Below the pieces are notes generated by a model. That model did not search any database. It saw nothing but the letters and a program-made list of their open reading frames with translations, and had not been told where the DNA came from. DNA of 64,000 nt from Marsupella aquatica (lineage: Eukaryota > Plantae > Marchantiophyta): positions 5,408,171 through 5,472,170 of the forward strand of contig OZ316893.1 in NCBI GenBank assembly GCA_973895155.1. The letters are read 5' to 3'. Positions 1-14,494 of this stretch are shown piece by piece. A program made the translations under genes and the position numbers. Positions within the stretch are counted from its first letter, which is position 1. Each line of letters begins with the position of its first letter.

Positions 1-1508
1 GGCAGGCTGCATTTGATCGACAATGCCAGGGTTAGTTCTCCAGATTGCAGATACGATATGTTTGGTTTATGTGTATGAGGGGGACTGGATGGTTACATGG
101 AGGATGGACCTTTCACATTCTTTTTCCTTTTGCAAATCTTTCCGATTCTTTTTCCTCGAAGCTTTACATAATGAGCAGATTGCAGCGCGATTCCGGAGCA
201 GCTGTCATTCTCCATTCAAACCACGGAAAGAAGGGTGGTTGAAGCAGCGAAGCATGAGGCTCTGAGTCGACATTCCCGGGAAGCAAAAGTAATCTGATTT
301 CATTGTCTGAAAAGGACTTATACTCTGCACATTCTTGGATGACCAAATTAGGTACATATTTACTTTGCTCGCTGGCCCCAATTCTTACATCTGAATTGCT
401 ACAAGGTGAACGACGTCACGATGTTCCTATATTAGAGGACACGGCTGGGCTGTGAATATCCAAATTGGTATGGACTGAAAAATCTCGCGGTGATGTTAGT
501 AACCGGAAATTGAAAAGATTTGATAAACAGTATACAATACTTCCGAGTGCAGAGTTGGGAATCCGCCATGGGCAGTGTTAATAATCTCCGGTCCTCTAAA
601 GCTTGGTTAAAAGCCTCAAGTCGGAAAAGCTAAACCACAGAAAGCATTCTGTTGAGGACGATCTTGGAACTTGTTGGATAACTTGTTGGATAACTTGTTG
701 GATCTTCAAGATATCTGTTCTACCTGCCACCAATATATTAAGCAGTATTAGAAAGCAGTGGCCTGGTGGTCTCGAATAATTTTCATTACTGTCCTGATGT
801 ATTTACTTCGTCTGATTACATCACTCCACCTCTCTTTACACGTCCAACTTAACATGAACATATTAGTCTGGCCTGCTGCAGCTGAATGATTTGAGTCGTA
901 CTGGGGCAGCATGCTGTGAACAATCTGACTAGGGTCATTTGTTTCCGCTCGTGGCTTACCTGCAGAAGTACTTTACAAGAGATCCCCAGAGTCTAGATGC
1001 CGTACATGACGAAATTGCTCAAATAAGTCTACGAATGTTTCGACACTTTCGTGGGATGCATGATCTTGGTTGCTGATGTCGATGTTGATGTTTGTCTTTG
1101 AGCTGCTTCGTGTGTAGTCCTCGATCTTCGATGCACCCTGCATACTCCACCCGTTCCAAAAAGAGTGAAAGTGAGTCATCAGGACCAAACTGTACGAAGT
1201 AAACTCCTCCCAACCATCCATGGTTCATTCTTGATGATCGAAGGGACCTCAGAAACTTCTCTAATCGCTCAGCAAAGGAAGATCAGTAAAGCGAAGTCCT
1301 CCTCACATAGTGCAAAAACTTGTTAACATAACGAAATGTTCATCATCAACATATTCAAACAGTAACGTAGCAGATTTGATAATTACAGCGATATCACTGC
1401 ACTGCAGCATGAGTATATCGCTCGCACAATTTTGGTGTAGTTGACTCTTCAATCGACTCGTAGTATTATTCGACGATTCTCTCAATTTGAGTTGGGGAAG
1501 AAGGGACA

Positions 1509-3941
1509 TTATTTACCATGTTGCAGGCCTGGAGGGTAGTGAGTGTCTGGCAGTTTACGTACCATGCCGATGTCATTCTGTAGGTGCATCCTCGGTCCGT
1601 CATCTGCATCCGGACTGAGCCTCGTATCGGATATGACCGATGGATTGCTTCGGCCATCGTACCGGCAAGTTTCTTCCAACAACCGAGCCATCACAGCATG
1701 GCTTGAGAGCAGGCTGTTTGCTGTTACAGGGAATTCTTGATTATTGTGTGATGGTGCGGAAGAGCAAACTGCAGCAGCAGCAGGAGCAGATATAGTTGAC
1801 CCAGGTTGCCAAATCTGTGCTGGGAAATCTAAACGCTGTTGTTGGCTGGAGCTGCTGATGCTTTTCTGGGCACTAGCCGGCAAACTGTGCTCGACAGTTG
1901 AAACCAGAGGCTCATCTCTCGAGCTGGAGCGGGCGAAGTCGTCTGTAACTGCTGATTCCAGGTACGCTCCTACACTTGATAAAGAACTGGACTTTCTGTA
2001 GATCCGGCAAAGTGCCACATCGTTCTGTGACCGTGTACATGTAACTTAGTACGATGGCGTTTAATTAAATCAAACACAAGCTACAAATCGCCAAACATCA
2101 GGTTAAAAATTGTCGTTCGTTCCTTGTGTAATATAATTATGCTTCAAAAACTGCCTCCCAAGCTACCTGGTTTGTTAACGGTTGAATTTTAGTGCATACC
2201 CCAACATCCTCTTTTTTTGGGCACTCACAGATTTGGCACACTATGCGTCCATCTCGATATCAGTCCATCAACCCGGCCGATCACTGACATGTAGACAAAA
2301 GAAAAGCGATGCCCAACAGTTACAAAAAGCCCGAAGGCCAGCCTCGACAGCCAATGAGCTTAACCACGTTTTCTAATTAGAGTATCAAAATGGCTCTGAT
2401 GGCCCTACTCACAATGAATTCAATGCCTACTGGCGTATGCGAAATTCTTCCAAAAGCCCCTCGAATCTCTTTGAATCTTCATCTAAAGTCCTAACATCAA
2501 TTAGAGCCAGTCCCCTTGAATTGCACCATGCTTTCAGAAGATCGTTGCTTTGGGTCCCGACTGCTAGTTACTGTTAATTCGGACGTATAGCTCAGACGTC
2601 CTTGAATCTTAGATATGGCTATTTACAAGTGAGCCTGAACATATTCTACCCTTCTGAAAATTGACTCAAATTTTCTATTGAACTCTGTTGGGCTGCGCTC
2701 ATTCGCCAGTTACTTAAACTCATATGTTAGATATGTCGATAGCTATTGCCTCACAATATTGTCAGTGTAAGCGATAATTTAGTTTAGCATGAGCTGCCTT
2801 TCCGAGTACTTGATAATTCACGGTACTATCGACTTTTACCCAAACTGCCGCATTGACTTGACATTCCAAGCAGTTCCCTTCCTCGTTCCCTTCTTTGTTC
2901 CTCAACGTCAAAAAGAAAAAAGTGTGTATCTGAGAGGTTTCCCTTTCCAGTATGTACGGTTTGAGAGTCATGGAGTCCTTACATTTGACGTGAATTTCCC
3001 ACAACCCGATTGGGTGATGGGGATGTTGCAGCCTGCGACGAACATTGAAGCAGACGTTCCCTGAGAAGGGAGAGGAGTAGATTCGTCGAGGGGATTCGGC
3101 ATGCGGTACTCGTTCATGATCCAATCTGTTTTGTTGCCTCGAGGTGCGCGACCAGTATAGAACACGAGTGTCTTCTTCAGACCAATGCACCGGTTATCTG
3201 TGGTGCACTTCACGGCCCGATCGGTGCCTGTAGCTTTCCAATAACCTGATGTCGTGACTCGGTTGGGCCGAGCTCCGTTGGGATATTTCTTGTCCCTTGG
3301 ACAGAAGAAGAACCACTCCTTCTCGCCCATAAACGCCATGGCTGCAAAGTCAAGAACGGTCCAGATAACAAACAGTCATGGATTGGGGCTTTCACCCATC
3401 TAGAAATTTGTTTTAACATTCGACTTTGCATGCACATTAGCTCTAAAAGTTAGCGCGCCGTGAAGAGCTCATTCATGCAGCTAGACCTCAAAAACTATGA
3501 CGTTTAGTTGTAGCTGTAGTGACCATGCATTTGCTGCTTCTTTCAAGACAAACGCAACTCCTTATTTGCATCTTCAAATTGCATTCAGAGTAATATGCAG
3601 GTCAAGTTCAGTGATTCGTTCTCAACGCGAACCACTAGCATAGCAGCAATTTCAAACATTGTATGGCTCTGGATTCACCCTGAGATGAGAAACATACCAG
3701 GGAGCTCCCAGGGATCATACCGGTACAAATCTAAGGAAGCTATGAGCTCCAAACTATTTTGTTTACCCTGGACCATACGCCTCAGGTAATAATCGACTAA
3801 CTCTTCCTCAGTAGGATGGAAGCGAAATCCTGGGAGAGCTATGTCATGGATGACTGTTCGTCGTTGCTGCAGCTGCTGGGGCTGCTCCTCTGGTATAGGG
3901 AGCACAGTTCCGAAGCCCTTCATCCCAACTTTCTCGGCCAT
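1509..3941 (-). CDS. NAC: NAC-domain transcription factor (closest to ANAC035/LOV1-like group); 3 coding exons
   Basis: Exon 1 is 3941(or 3959)-3698 ([18 protein letters not shown]...[11 protein letters not shown], donor G|GTATG). Exon 2 is 3341-2983 (acceptor TTGCAG|, [42 protein letters not shown]...GLKKTLVFY...DWIMNEYR, donor AAT|GTAAGG). Exon 3 is 2024-1509 (CACAG|, [11 protein letters not shown] followed by an S/Q-rich activation region). Splice phases are consistent. A further 3' exon is possible. Confidence 0.93.
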
Positions 3942-6900
3942 GATGCCAACGAAATACATACGTGTTCAGGTCTGTCTGTCACAGGCTTGATCTAGAACTG
4001 CTTGAACGTGACATGACCTGTATCTAGAGGATGGAAGTTCTGCGTCCCCTCAGACAGATTGAATTTCCTTGACATATGAAGCCTCAACCAACGACAGGAT
4101 GGAAACAAACCCTTAGAATGCTCCCAGACTATTGTCCATGGAATTAAATGGATTCTGTGCAACCCACTTCAAGGACTTCGATCTTGGTGCAGTTCGACCT
4201 TGATCTGGGCCAGGGTTCTAGGCAATGTTCGCTTGTCCGGACCAGTACTGTAGATGTATTCTTGATATGAAAATGTTCAGACTATCTTGGCAGACACAGA
4301 TCGAATCTCAGTTTAGTATTAAGGCAGGGTGTCCTTTTGTACATGTAGCAGTATTTATCAAATCAGGACTTAATGTCAGCTGGATCTGAGGATTATACGT
4401 ACCAACAGTAAGCTTAAATAGTTTGCTTAAGGAAATTCCGTTTCTAGACGAAAACCATATAATGCATTACAATTTAAGTCTAGAAAACCGAAGGAATGCA
4501 AAACGTTGGACCACTGACACCAGGAGGGTCAGCCTGAGAGAGCTGCCAGATTTATATAAAGTCCTCTAGGAATAAAAGATGGACATTAAACTTTATGTTT
4601 GTTTGTCTCGAACGGTAAAAAAAATTCTGCTTCAATGACTGAACCAAGATTTGACTGAACCAAGATTCAGCAGAACTAGACTGATGAGTCACAATTGTCA
4701 GACCCATTAATCTGCCAACTGGTTCCTGAAAGTAGCACTGGCAATGATGGGATACATACGAGCTGTGTAAATAATTACAGAGTCTCAAGGCTCGCAGGTC
4801 CTTGGAAGCAGAGAAACGTAGGCCTGCACGGCTCAAAGATTTAAGACAAACTTGGGCTAGGCTTGCTCGACATATGATGCTATCTAATCTATCAATCTAT
4901 TTTCTGGATAATTGTGTAACACCAAACATGTTGCGCCTGTCAATCGAGAGCCTCCAAAGCCAGATCTACTTGAGGATCCATGAGGTTTTCAAAAGATGCA
5001 CAGATAGAGACCTAGTATAAGCTTTGTATGCAGAACCTAGCCCGATGCCCATGTGTTGCATAGTTGTTGTTGCTGTTTGTCGGTTGTTGCAGTAGTGTTG
5101 TTGCGGTTGGTAGGGTGGTGATAAGCTTTTGGCTCAGAACTAGATTTTGAAGCACTTTCACTACATATTGAGCTTAGTTAAATGCTTTTTCTTTCCTAGA
5201 CAGACAGCAGTGCTTTGCTTAGACCAAATTGAGAGGGCCATTTTCAGCCTAACATTAGGCTTCCTGATCCGAGGCAAACGGAAGCATACAAAAGTTTAGA
5301 CCACCTGCACTCGAAGAGACCCAGCATACAAAAGTGTAGACCACCTTGTGAGGTGGTCCAAACTTTGCCCGCCAAAATAGTTTAAGGATTCAGCCTTACT
5401 CATCTGGACCCACCAAATGCCATGGAGGCTTGTTGAGCAAACTAGCAGGGCCAGAAACCCTATACATTCAGGAACATTCCATTCACGCTAAACAAATTGC
5501 TGAGATAAAATCTGAGCCTAGAAAGAGAAGAAGGTTTGTTTTTGTAAAGTCCTAACTAGAGCTCTTCATTAGTATTGGTTTCGACTTCGAGAACAAACGT
5601 GAACTTCCCACGCACTGGCAGGTGTACTTTGAAAAATGTCCCCGCTGCAATGACAAGAACATGGAGGTGTAAGTTTCTGACGCTAAGCACGGAGTTTGAA
5701 GCGGGGTTTGAAGACCCTGCCGCAGACCGTAGAAGCAAGTCACTGGTTTGGAGGCATGTGATCGATCGCTTGCGTTGCTCAATTGCATACCTCACGTCAG
5801 CAGATCTCTGGGTCGCTGAACTGCAAAGTACAGTACAGTATACGCGGTGCTGTGAGGCGAATTGCTAAGACTCAAACAATGGGATTCGTCAATGATTGTC
5901 AATTCAAAGCAGCTTGCTGACGATAAACTCGATCCTGCGAGGAAGCTTCATGAGTTATAGTGACTACTTACCCAGCTTTCTACTGGACTGCACCGTTGTG
6001 ACGGTGGCACACCAGGCCGGACAGAAGTGAGAAGCAGGTACAGTGCTTCGCGTCAGTCTTCCGGCAAGATAAACAATCTCACAGTGCTTAGTTCTCATTT
6101 GAGAAGATCTGCTGAGAAATTGAAACCAGATCCTCCACCAACAGGGCGTACTTCCGACATCCCCAGCTGCAGATTCTGCACCTCCCCGTAGAACTCTGAC
6201 CTCAAATAGTTCATCCTTCGAGATCACCTGATAATATACGTACTGGCTCCACGCGGACAAGTGCAGGTGGATCATGCACGAATTGAAGAAAGCCAGTAAC
6301 CAAATTCGTAGTTGCAGACGATTAGACCCAAATTCAGAGGACCCTACCTTGATCCACCCAAGATAATCTGAATAGAATACTCATAGCAAAAAAACTGTCA
6401 GATTCGCCAATGTGGGTCCAAAGCCCAAGAGATTTGCAAACACCTGACCCATGGCCAATTGACGCTCGAATCCTAGGAGCTGGTGAGCGATCCAGCTATT
6501 GAGAATCGACTACGAAATAATCCCAAAATTTTGACGCCGTCCATCTTGGGCTGATAATTTATACATTTGTACACTGCGAAAAAAAGCGTTGAATGAAAGA
6601 GCCACGGTACGTATTACCGACACAGGAACTGTACCCTCCTCATCAATATGCGAAACGCCCGCTCCGTGGTGTGTTGACTCTCTGAGCGATTTGTCTCGCC
6701 TCGCAGCGCTCCATTCAAGCTAATTAATCGAAGGTGTATGACGTGCACACAATCATCTAAAGTAAGCATGATCTATGATGGGAGCTGAAAGATCCATACG
6801 TCTGCATAATTATGTCTGCAATGGTGCGATTCTGCATCCCATATCCATACGTCTGCATGATTGTGTCTGCAACGGTGCAATTCATCAATTCTGCATCCAA

Positions 6901-8434
6901 GCAGCCTAAATGCCTGATCGTAACAGTTTGGAACAAATGAGATACCTCTGTGCTCGACTTAATCATCCTCAGTCGATCGTCCCTAGCCTTCTCGATCGTG
7001 CTGCTGGCTTGGCTGAGTAACTCTGATGAAGAATCTCTCTTTGTATCCACTGGCCTGAGCGCCGTTAAAAGAACGAGTCTCACCCTGCCCCATTTTCCAT
7101 TCAATCAATATTTGTTAGCTCTACGAATGATAAGCCTAGATTTATTGTTTTTTGAAACAGAAAATAACCCAATGCACAAGTCAATCTGAACAGTGTGTTG
7201 AAGAATGACTAATAGTCAAGGAAGTCATTGTTGAACAAGCTGCTCTGCCTGGTGCTGTTTTAATTTCATGATTTTCAAAGCAATAACCGTAGAGCCTACT
7301 GGAGCTATTTAAGAGCTATTGAAGAGAGGGAGTGCTGATGGTAAAATTGCTTGTCTCAAAACATTCTTATGGGATAGGGGAAAGAGTGACAAGTCTACAA
7401 AATATATTTTAAACTGCCAAAAAAAACAAGGAGCGCCCAATCAGGAGACAAAATTCCTCAGGCAAGAAACCCAATCAAGGGAGAAAAAGCAAAGGGCCAA
7501 AAAGCCAAAAGGGCCTAGCTTAAGATTCAGTGAATGGCAATGATCAAGGATGGATCTGAATACTGAGGCGCTCTTTTTACCAAAACACTCTTCCTGTTGC
7601 TCCTTTTTAAGATTCTGATCAAATGTATGTGGGATTGTTAGCTGATTTAGGTGATTTGTTTGAAGAAAGTACTAGAGGCATCTTTTCTTGTAATTTGGGG
7701 AGCTTTTAGAAGTCGGTGAACGAAATTTCTTTGCCGTCAAGGGAGAGCAAATTGATCATCTCCAATCAACCCTTAATGGCCTTTCTCAAGAAAAAGCAAA
7801 ATGCTGTGTTGAATCCCTTCTTCCTTTAGGCTGTGATTGAAGTGCGGTGAGGTTTGTCCTGATGAATGGTTGTAGTACTTCTTTATGACACTTGTATTTT
7901 TTGTACCTCACCCTTTCTGAGTATACTTGCAGCCATTCTGAGTTTTGTGTTGTTTGATAGACAACTACAGTAACTGGGAGGTACAATATACAAGAGTCCT
8001 AGGACATTACTGCAAGCATTTAATACACGTACAAGCATTTAGTATCAGAACCTGAGTACACGTACTTCTGCTCGGGGAATTTAAAGGAGTACAGTGTAAC
8101 TTTGTGGGTTTTGAAACTTGTGACTTCTCTTGTATATCTCCATATCTGATGCATGGTGGTCGAGGCTGGTTTCTATGCTTTAGCTGAACAAGATTGGGTA
8201 AGATGCTTAGTATTGAGCCACTGGCTCATTGCCAAGGAGATTGACCTCCTAAGCTTGTCAACCTCTCATTCTATATTCCATTTGGATAGTTGCCAACTCC
8301 AACACTAGGGATAGTGACACATACTGCATCCACAATTATATTAGCTTAGAATTGCAAAACTATGCAGTTTGTGAGCATGACAGTGAAGTTCCAAACATCC
8401 TGCTCACAAGAATGGATCATAAACTCATTGAATA

Positions 8435-8990
8435 TAGCATGCTCATCCTGGAACATGCTTTATTTTTTGTCTTCTAGTGATTTGAAAGTAAATAAAATAT
8501 GAGAGCATAGAAGTGCTGTTATATAAGTAAAGTGTCTGCCAAGAAAAGCACACTGACCAAGAAAAGGTACAGTCAAATGATGCTACTATGATGTGTGCGC
8601 TTAACTCAGGGTGCCTTATGAATGACACTCCTTTCAATAAAAACTATAAACCTAGGAAAGAAAAACATGAGAAGAACTTAAGAGGCTATGCATTCATGTT
8701 CTTCAACATCATTTCTCTCACTCGTGGTGGTGGAGCCTTTGGTTTCAGCTCTAAGCAAACACATACTGTGAAAGGGGGCTGCCAAAACAAGTTCAAAACA
8801 CTCTAGAATACCTAAAACTATAGGGGTCTAAAAATTAATTTAAAATGTGTAGAATACAAAGGCTGCCCTTGATAAGGCAGATTGAAATGAAAATACATGA
8901 CACACAAATCTGAATACTGCCCCTTGATAAGGCAGATTGAAATGAAAATACATGACACAAAAATCTTAATAAGACAAAATCTGAAATGTG
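8435..8990. repeat. Dispersed repeat family B, copy 1 (probable non-autonomous TE)
   Basis: Blocks TAGCATGCT..TCCTGGAACATGCTT..TTTTTTGTCTT..TAAAATATGAGAG, GGGCTGCCAAAA.AAGTTCAAAA and CATGAC..AAAAATCT.AATAAGAC..AATCTGAAA recur in the same order at 40652-40872. Confidence 0.6.
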
Positions 8991-9756
8991 CATTCACCAT
9001 TGAATATTGTTGTATTATTTCTGTCCATTTATTCTCCTCAACATCTGAAAGTAATATTTATTTTTTTTCCTTTTCTTTTTTCCCTCAACATCTGAAAGTA
9101 ATCTTGTCCTAAGACCATCCTAGCTTATTTATTATTCAGCTGATCATATTCTATCCATACGGATTGCCTAACTCAACACAACAGAGCAAAAATAAAATCA
9201 CCTGCAGATGAGTTAATTTAATCGAAAAATTTAAAATTGACAAAATCATATTAAGCCATAAGATTTTATGACTATAAAAGATGAAGCAAAAAAAGGGCAT
9301 TCAAGATTTGTTTGCCAATTAAAGAGCTTCACCCAAATTTGGTTTTATCTAGCCTTCTCCATCATCTACTGATCCATTAGTGAGCTCTCACAGGGTTAAG
9401 TAAGTGTACCAGTCTAAGTAATATATATAAATAGTAATTATTTGTCGTGACCTCTTTTAGTTTAGAAAAGGTACGTACACACTAAGAAATATTTTAATCT
9501 AATATATGTGGTCTAGTATCTTCTTTGGCCTCCTACTCTTTTAAAACTTTGCAAATTTCGAGGCAAATTTACTTAACACATACCTTTTTTACTTGCATGT
9601 GATTGTTACATATCTCTCTAATGGACTCCATGATTGAGCTACATATTCAACCTTAATATACCTTGTAACAAAATTACACAAATATTGAGGTCGTTGCCAT
9701 GGTTCTAAAGAGGCTTTGAATTCTTGGAGCAATAGCCCACTATCCTTGATCATAAG

Positions 9757-10062
9757 CTTGGGGGTTTCACTTCCACATAATTGACATATCATGTGCAACA
9801 AATAATAATTTTATTTAATTGGTTCTTAAAGAACACTAGGGTTTTTTAAATCCAAATTTCAGTCTTACAAGAAGATTAGAGTCTTTAAAAAATATTTTTT
9901 ATAATATTTCCAAAATATTTCCATTTTTTTGGAGGTAATTAAAAACAAAAACAATTCTTACATTTTAGGGGGTCTATGGCTTAAAAAAGTTGAAGGTGAT
10001 GGGAAGGGTGGGGGTGGGGGTTGGGGGGGGGGGGGGGGCCTCTATATGGGGAGACCCCCAGG
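9757..10062 (-). mobile_element. MITE family A copy (reverse orientation, diverged, internal poly-G expansion)
   Basis: Ends are CTTGGGGGTTTCAC ... GGGAGACCCCCAGG. The internal sequence is homologous to the copies at 26223 and 27380. No TSD is recognisable. Confidence 0.75.
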
Positions 10063-10718
10063 CAAGAGAAATCTGCACTAAATTACCTGTTCCAATGATT
10101 TTCTTTGAGTCCATGATGAAAGGATGCAACCTAAAATTAGAATCAATCTCCCAAAAAGCTTGCTTGATGTTTCTCTTGTCAGTGTGTGTGCAGCTTGTCA
10201 CGTACCTCACTAAAATCAAGCTTCTACATATACCAGAAACCATGTCACGTACCTCACTAAAATCAAGCTTCTACATATACCAGAAACCAGCAATCATGTA
10301 GAAATGTTTGGATTCTGCTTCAGATCTACATGTCATAGTAAGTATGATTAATCTTTGGTACTCTTGTATGTCCTTTGTTTTTAGACATAATCCACTGTCT
10401 AGGTTAGTGGTCTACATTAGACCACAAGATGAGCTATGAGCACATAGGAGCTAACATGCACACCATCTCTATTATGCACAAGCGAACCATTCTAAGACTT
10501 GGCAAGTTTGATTTGACCGTGCAGCCAAGTGCCTGCCACTTTACGTATACCTCTCCTCAACTCTCAATGAAACATACTCCACTTTTGGAAATCTATGACG
10601 GCATGAGAGCTTTCTTGAATTCCCTTGATTCAAATGATAATTTTTGGGGGGAGAGAGTTGTGTCCAATAGAGAACTATTCCATGTGCGTGACACAAAAGA
10701 TTTCATTGCGTGAAAGGC

Positions 10719-13200
10719 AGTGGTGAAGCTTGCCACCCAACGCCCTCACCAATCCCAATACTCTAGCCTAATACCCTTGGTGCTCAAACGCCTACACAAA
10801 ACTCCTTGAGAAAGCAACTCGATGCCTCCATCATCGCCTATGGCAACTCCCATACGAAGTCACACTTATTTGGACTTAACGCAACTGTATGCTCAACGGT
10901 CCTCACTGTCTGAACGGACAACCAACACATTGGTACGTAACCCATCATGATCAAGGATCCCCAAGATATTGTCTTGACTGAAGATCAATAGTCGTTAGTA
11001 AGTAGGTCATCAAATAGAATCTCCCTGGCCTGCTTGGCTTTGCCATAAGTTGAAGCTAAGGCTTGCACCCACTGTTTATCCAGAACAACCCCTATATTGG
11101 GTGCTGCCCAAGCGTTCCCACTTTCTATATGTCAGTGGCTGATTGCCCTACCTCTAGGACATGTTGATGACCCAAATAACTAGCTTGTCTCACTCAATTA
11201 TGAGTTTAGGGGAAAATGCACTTGGACCTCAATACCCATCTCCACTCTGCATTGTCTCCCCAATGCAAGCTCATGTGACCCCGAACACGGCTTGGTTGCT
11301 ATTTCCGTAGCATTTGGCAAGCGGGTGAGATAGCCCTTGCAAACCTCAAGAACGAATGGCATGCCTAGACCCAGATGAACTCCAATGCATCCAAGAAGTA
11401 CTCCAATAGATTTCTTGTTGAGAATTTATCGTTATTTCCATTTGGCAGGGTTAAAATGTTCAAGTTGACATGCATAGTTACCCATTCACTCAATCCAAGA
11501 GTGGACAACATCGGGGACAACATGTGACAACCAAGGAATGTTCACTCCTTTTAAAATTTTGTAATTGGACACCCTAAGGGACTTGCGGGATCCCCTCTAA
11601 TAGTGGTTGATATTTCCCCTCTAGAACCAACTTGAATCAATTCAAAGAAAAACAAGAGAAATAAAGAGACGCTCAAAATCAATTGGGTATGCCATCAATT
11701 TTTCATTTGAAGTGGACAAGAAGGGTCTTAGGCATGAGTGAGTTGAGTCATAGTGGTGGACCTTGCCACCCAGCGCCCTCACCAATCCCAACACCCACGC
11801 CTAATTTCCCTTGGTGCCCGAACGCCTCCACGGAATACCTCGAGCAAGAAACCTAGTGCCCCTTGCACGTACCACTAGCGGCCCCTCCCATATGAAGCCG
11901 CACTTGCTCTCCAACACAACCGCTACTCAACGGTCCTCACACTCTGCACAAGCAACCAAGCGCCTTGCTAAGTAACCCTTTGGGATCTAGAACTCTCCAA
12001 GTCTAGCATCCTAACTCAAGCTCAACAGACATTGGTAAGTAGGTCAGCGATAGGTCCTCCCGATGTCATAAACCAGAACCAGAACCCACGTCCACTGTTT
12101 ATCCAAAACAACTCCTTCCTTGGGCGTGGCCCGGGTTCCCCCTCGTACCTATCCATCACCAACTGACCGCCATGCCCCCAGGACATGCCCATGGCCCAAA
12201 TAGCGTAGCTTGTCCTAAAGCTCGTCCTAAGCTTGTCCCAACACGTTGGGACTAGAATGGCCCCGACTCTAGCAACCAACTCCCGGTTCTCGCCCCACTG
12301 ATGGTCTAGGGGCCAAACACCCTCGGAACTCAACCTCCACGCTTACTTGACCTTGCCTTCCCAACGCAAGCTCCCTTGGGAGACTAAATGCGGCTTGGCT
12401 ACTTTTTCGGTAGGATTTGGTAAGCGGGCGAGATAACACCCGCAAACCTTGAGAACCTATGGCGCCCCCAAACCCAGTTGAGCTCAAGAGGACGTAGCCC
12501 TCCTCGAGAGCTTTCCAACGCACCCCGGACTTGCCGATGGGAAAGATATCACCATTTCCGTTTGACGTTTTCCCTTAGTGTTGCGATTGCCATGGCTCAC
12601 GACTACGGCTCGCCCTTGGCCCCCAGGGAGACACCACTCCCCTCATATATGCTTCTGGAGACCTGCCACCCCTAGACCAACTTTGGTCCTCAACTTTTTG
12701 GTCCACAACCCGGATCCTATCCCCCGTGTCTAGACGCGCCACCAACTGACAATGTCTATAACTTCCTAGTTAGGCGTCCGCAAGCAGAGTGCCTTAGCCC
12801 GTTGTGATCGGGCGGACCCAATGCTCATGCCTAGGCCCTCAGATCTCATTGTCGCTCAGGGCCCCTATCGGCCAAACCCGGATAAGGCCATAACTTGCGC
12901 CCCAAGCATCCGTTGCCCATGGTGTCAACTCCATTGGCCCTGGGCCCAAGAGAAGCTCTCACTCAAGCCCTCAGAACTCAAAGTCCGTCCGGGGGTCCGA
13001 ACAGTCGACCTTGAGCCCAGCCCCTTTCCGCTTGACCTGACTAGCTCTCAGCTAGTCTACGTCCTTAGTGTGTGTCACCAGCTTGGCGCCTTGCCTTCGC
13101 TAGTGCCACATCTCATTGCTTGCATGTCTCCATGCTAAGTCCTCCCCGGATGGCCTATCCAGGTTTGGACCACAAGGGAGCTCGGCGTCGGAGTCAGCGA
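10719..13200. repeat. Two diverged direct copies (~10719-11450 and ~11752-12570) of a degenerate, probably TE-derived sequence
   Basis: Both copies begin AGTGGTG.A.CTTGCCACCCA.CGCCCTCACCAATCCCAA and share collinear blocks (CTCAACGGTCCTCAC, CCACTGTTTATCCA, AAGCGGG.GAGATA, GCAAACCT..AGAAC). All reading frames are interrupted. Confidence 0.6.
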
Positions 13201-14494
13201 CGCTGAAGATAAGTGTTAAGGTAGTCGAGTTCCGCAACTGTCATTCTGATAGTTTGACTTGACCAGGCTGCTGCCACTAAGCCTAAAGTCTCATAAACTC
13301 TTAGTAAAACATCCCCCATTTCACATTCTTGAATGGAAATATGTGGCTTTGCCCTTGAGACTTTGGTAAGTACTTTTTGTTTTACAGCTTAGTCCGAGTT
13401 ATTGCCATGGGGTTTCTGATGGGTTCCCCTCGTATTATATAACTGGTTTCATGTTCAACAGCATTAGTCACTTCTCCTTTAGCTGCCTCGAGCATCTTCC
13501 CACGAGGACTCTCTTGAACTTTGACAAATTCAGAAACTTGCTGGAGCAGAGAAACTCAGAAAAGTGTTAGATTGCCTTCACAATAATATATTTTTGGAGA
13601 GCATCTGCGGGATAAAGATGCTCTCCAAGCATGCCCCACAACACGCCTCACGCCCAACAACATGTCAGAACTTGTTGACCGACTGTGCAGCTTTCTAGAT
13701 CAGTTTGATGACTTGCAGAAGTAGGGAGAAAGACCCTAGCACGCCAATTTTCTTTCTGGGATTATCCATCTGGGAGACAATCGTATGCAGTCGATGACAA
13801 TGTCCACGGATTCGCAATCACTCAGAGGAACGGCTAGAGTGCAGGATTTGAGCAGAGCACGCTTCCATCTTTCTGGTATGACGAAGGATTTGCAAAACTT
13901 CGTCAATATGAAGGTGATTCTTTTGCTTCCAGTCTAAATAGAAGTCTCTGGGTTCGTTCAATGTCTCCTCTGATTTCAGTGTCCTCTGTACTCTCGCAAC
14001 AAGCAATTTCCGTCCGCGCCCCTGCAATCTGTCCTTGAATTTTTTAAAGAAGTACGAAGAAGTGAATGTCTGTAGACTGTTAACCGAATTGCTGAGTATT
14101 CACTGCACTGCTCATTCAATGAAGCCCCTCTCTTTAATGCTTCTCTTGGAGGAAAAATCGCTTTGGGAGCGAAGTATGGATATTTACTATGAAGAACTTG
14201 ATCGAGCAGAGATGGCTTGACTTCTACAGGTGCTTGTGTGACTCCCTTACTGCTTCGTTTGCAGTTATCAAACTACCGTAGCTGTGCTTCTTTGTGCATG
14301 AATCCATCGGTACACTTTAATTTTAGACATTCGGCCCTCTCTTGCAACAGGTTTGCGCCATGTCCATGCAGGGGGCAATTTCGACATGGAAGAGAGACAC
14401 TGCCTTTGAGAAGCTTGTACGTTAGTGTGCAAGTATCGAAGTGTTTGATTGAATTTCGTGGAAAGGGTTCGTCCCAATTTTCTGACGATTAAGC

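Noticed and set aside
1-720. LRR/NLR pseudogene tail
   Set aside because: Only vague Leu periodicity across broken frames; it cannot be supported without a search.
5331-5366. Hairpin AAAGTGTAGACCACCT...AGGTGGTCCAAACTTT as a miRNA precursor
   Set aside because: The stem is too short and derives from a local duplicated or inverted motif.
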